The notes beneath the pieces were generated by a model, which saw nothing but the letters and a program-made list of their open reading frames with translations, was not told where the DNA came from and searched no databases. Positions 62,128 to 64,000 of a stretch of DNA of 64,000 nt are shown here, piece after piece (the first letter of the stretch is position 1; each line of letters starts with the position of its first letter). This DNA is from Eledone cirrhosa (Eukaryota). The DNA lies in the NCBI GenBank assembly GCA_964016885.1, contig OZ024749.1, positions 47,430,001 to 47,494,000 of the forward strand. The letters run 5' to 3'. The position numbers and the translations under genes were made by a program.

Positions 62128-62492
62128 GATATTAAATAAATGGAAACTATATTTATAAAACCATATTTATTTCATTATATATATTTCAGGGATATCATAT
62201 TAACAATATGTTATGCCTTCTTCAGACAAAATACAATATAGACAGTTTTATAGATAAATAGATTTGACATACCGTTCAACATCGACTTGTTGTATTGTAT
62301 TTTGTCTGAAGAAGGCATAACATATTGTTAATATGATATCCCTGAAATATATATAATGAAATAAATATGGTTTTATAAATATAGTTTCCATTTATTTAAT
62401 ATCGTAAATATACTCCAAATACTTGTTGAGTGCTTTTATATCAGTTATAAATATTTACTAGTTGTAACCCAACAATTTAAATATAACTTTCC

Positions 62493-62493
<1 letters not shown>
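62126..62493. mobile_element. Family D hairpin with two intact HHRs (62168-62233 minus, 62298-62363 plus)
   Basis: Identical arms of about 113 bp. TATTTTGT-CTGAAGA-AGG...CCT-GAA-ATATATAT-A-ATGAAATA, with an unpaired tail of about 88 nt. Confidence 0.88.
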
Positions 62494-62551
<58 letters not shown>

Positions 62552-62554
62552 TAT

Positions 62555-62625
<71 letters not shown>

Positions 62626-62629
<4 letters not shown>

Positions 62630-62705
62630 CCACTCTACTACCCTAAGTATTGACTACTTTGGTGCGTTAAGGTCCACCTGGTTCCTTACCACATTTCCTT
62701 TGTTA
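62626..62705 (+). mobile_element. Family A 3' tail fragment
   Basis: ccactctactaccctaagtattg...ttccttaccacatttcctttgtt. Confidence 0.8.
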
Positions 62706-62755
62706 TATATATATATATATTTGTATATATATATATGTGTATATATATATATATA

Positions 62756-62801
<46 letters not shown>

Positions 62802-64000
62802 TATATATATAATTATTTTGAAGATAATCATTGTTTTCTATCATTTTAAATTATTCATAAATTTCCATTTAAGTATGTGTCAGATTCATGTTATTGGATA
62901 TACTTATATGTTCGGAGATGTCTGCAAACGTGTGTGTATGTATGCATACATGCATTTACAAATATAAAATGCATGTATATACTTATTTATATATATGAAT
63001 ATATGTATAAATATGTATATATGTATTTATGTACATTTATATAAATATATGTATATATGTATAAATATTAAATGACAGACATTCCTTCGAAATTGTCATT
63101 AATAACATGTTGTTTGTCAGAGAGTATTAATAAGCCTAAACTATATTAGACTCATTTAGTTTTTATTTTAATGTTTTCAAAATCTTCCATTTATAAATAG
63201 AGATTTATAATATATATATATATATATACTTACGTTCATATGTCTGAATATGGGGAGGGGGGGGGACATTATGAAATTCATAAGCCCATTATCAGATACC
63301 ATTTTCCCACCTGAAATAATGAAAAAATCACATGGTTAAAATCCACCACTGCTTATCATATTTATCATAGTTAGTTATGCACCATAAAGGAAAGTATATG
63401 TTCGGAATGTCGGAGTCTCTGAATGTAGGACTACTGCATATAATAACCTCAAATGCATGAACAATTAAGTCAGATAAATCGCCATCACTAACATTCGACA
63501 CCTGCTAATTATTTCGCTTCAACTAAGAACTGTCCGAACGTTAATTATGACTAGCATCTTCTCTATAATCTAACGTTTTCAACATTTACAATCATCCATC
63601 TCTCAATGAAGTGAAGAAGTATATCTACTAATATATCTACAAACTATTCCTTTCAATTCAAAGCTATTAGGATAAATCCAACTGAAGCTGATGAAATTTA
63701 AAACTCAGACCGTTACCGAAAGTTAAAAAGGATTCTGGCGTGAAAGTACACAACATATCATATTTTCAGTAATGACGAGCGAAGTTAGTTTGCTAGTAGC
63801 GTTAGCCAGTGTGGTCCATTAGTTAATGAGTAAGTGCTGAGTGGAGAGCCATGTTAGATCAGCCTGTGAGGTTGTTCGAGTAGATGTGTGTATTTTTATT
63901 ATGTTCACTACATACATGCTGCTACCTATGGAGTCAAACCATGTATATATGCTAGATTGTGCAGCCAGGGAGATATAAGCGTCATTATCTTTCAGGCAAC

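Noticed and set aside
63689-63730. CTGATGA...GAAA
   Set aside because: No supporting stems.

Overview
Very AT-rich eukaryotic intronic or intergenic DNA, most likely cephalopod (octopus-like). The organism is inferred from the Nin-domain tRNA-SINE family and the extreme (TA)n content. No intact host gene is supported, and almost all listed ORFs are microsatellite artefacts. The window holds: a near full-length, frameshifted Penelope-like retroelement (PLE; RT plus GIY-YIG, inverted/partial-tandem pseudo-LTRs) at 29.36-34.38 kb; two more PLE coding fragments; two R4/Dong-type RLE-LINE fragments; about ten SINE copies; and a MITE. The main finding is a dense set of type I hammerhead ribozyme (HHR) motifs. 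There are roughly 20 copies from about 12 sequence-unrelated families, most in short, often asymmetric fold-back elements inserted in or near (TA)n tracts, and these repeat the terminal architecture of the full PLE. All folds were assigned by eye; none was computed or tested.
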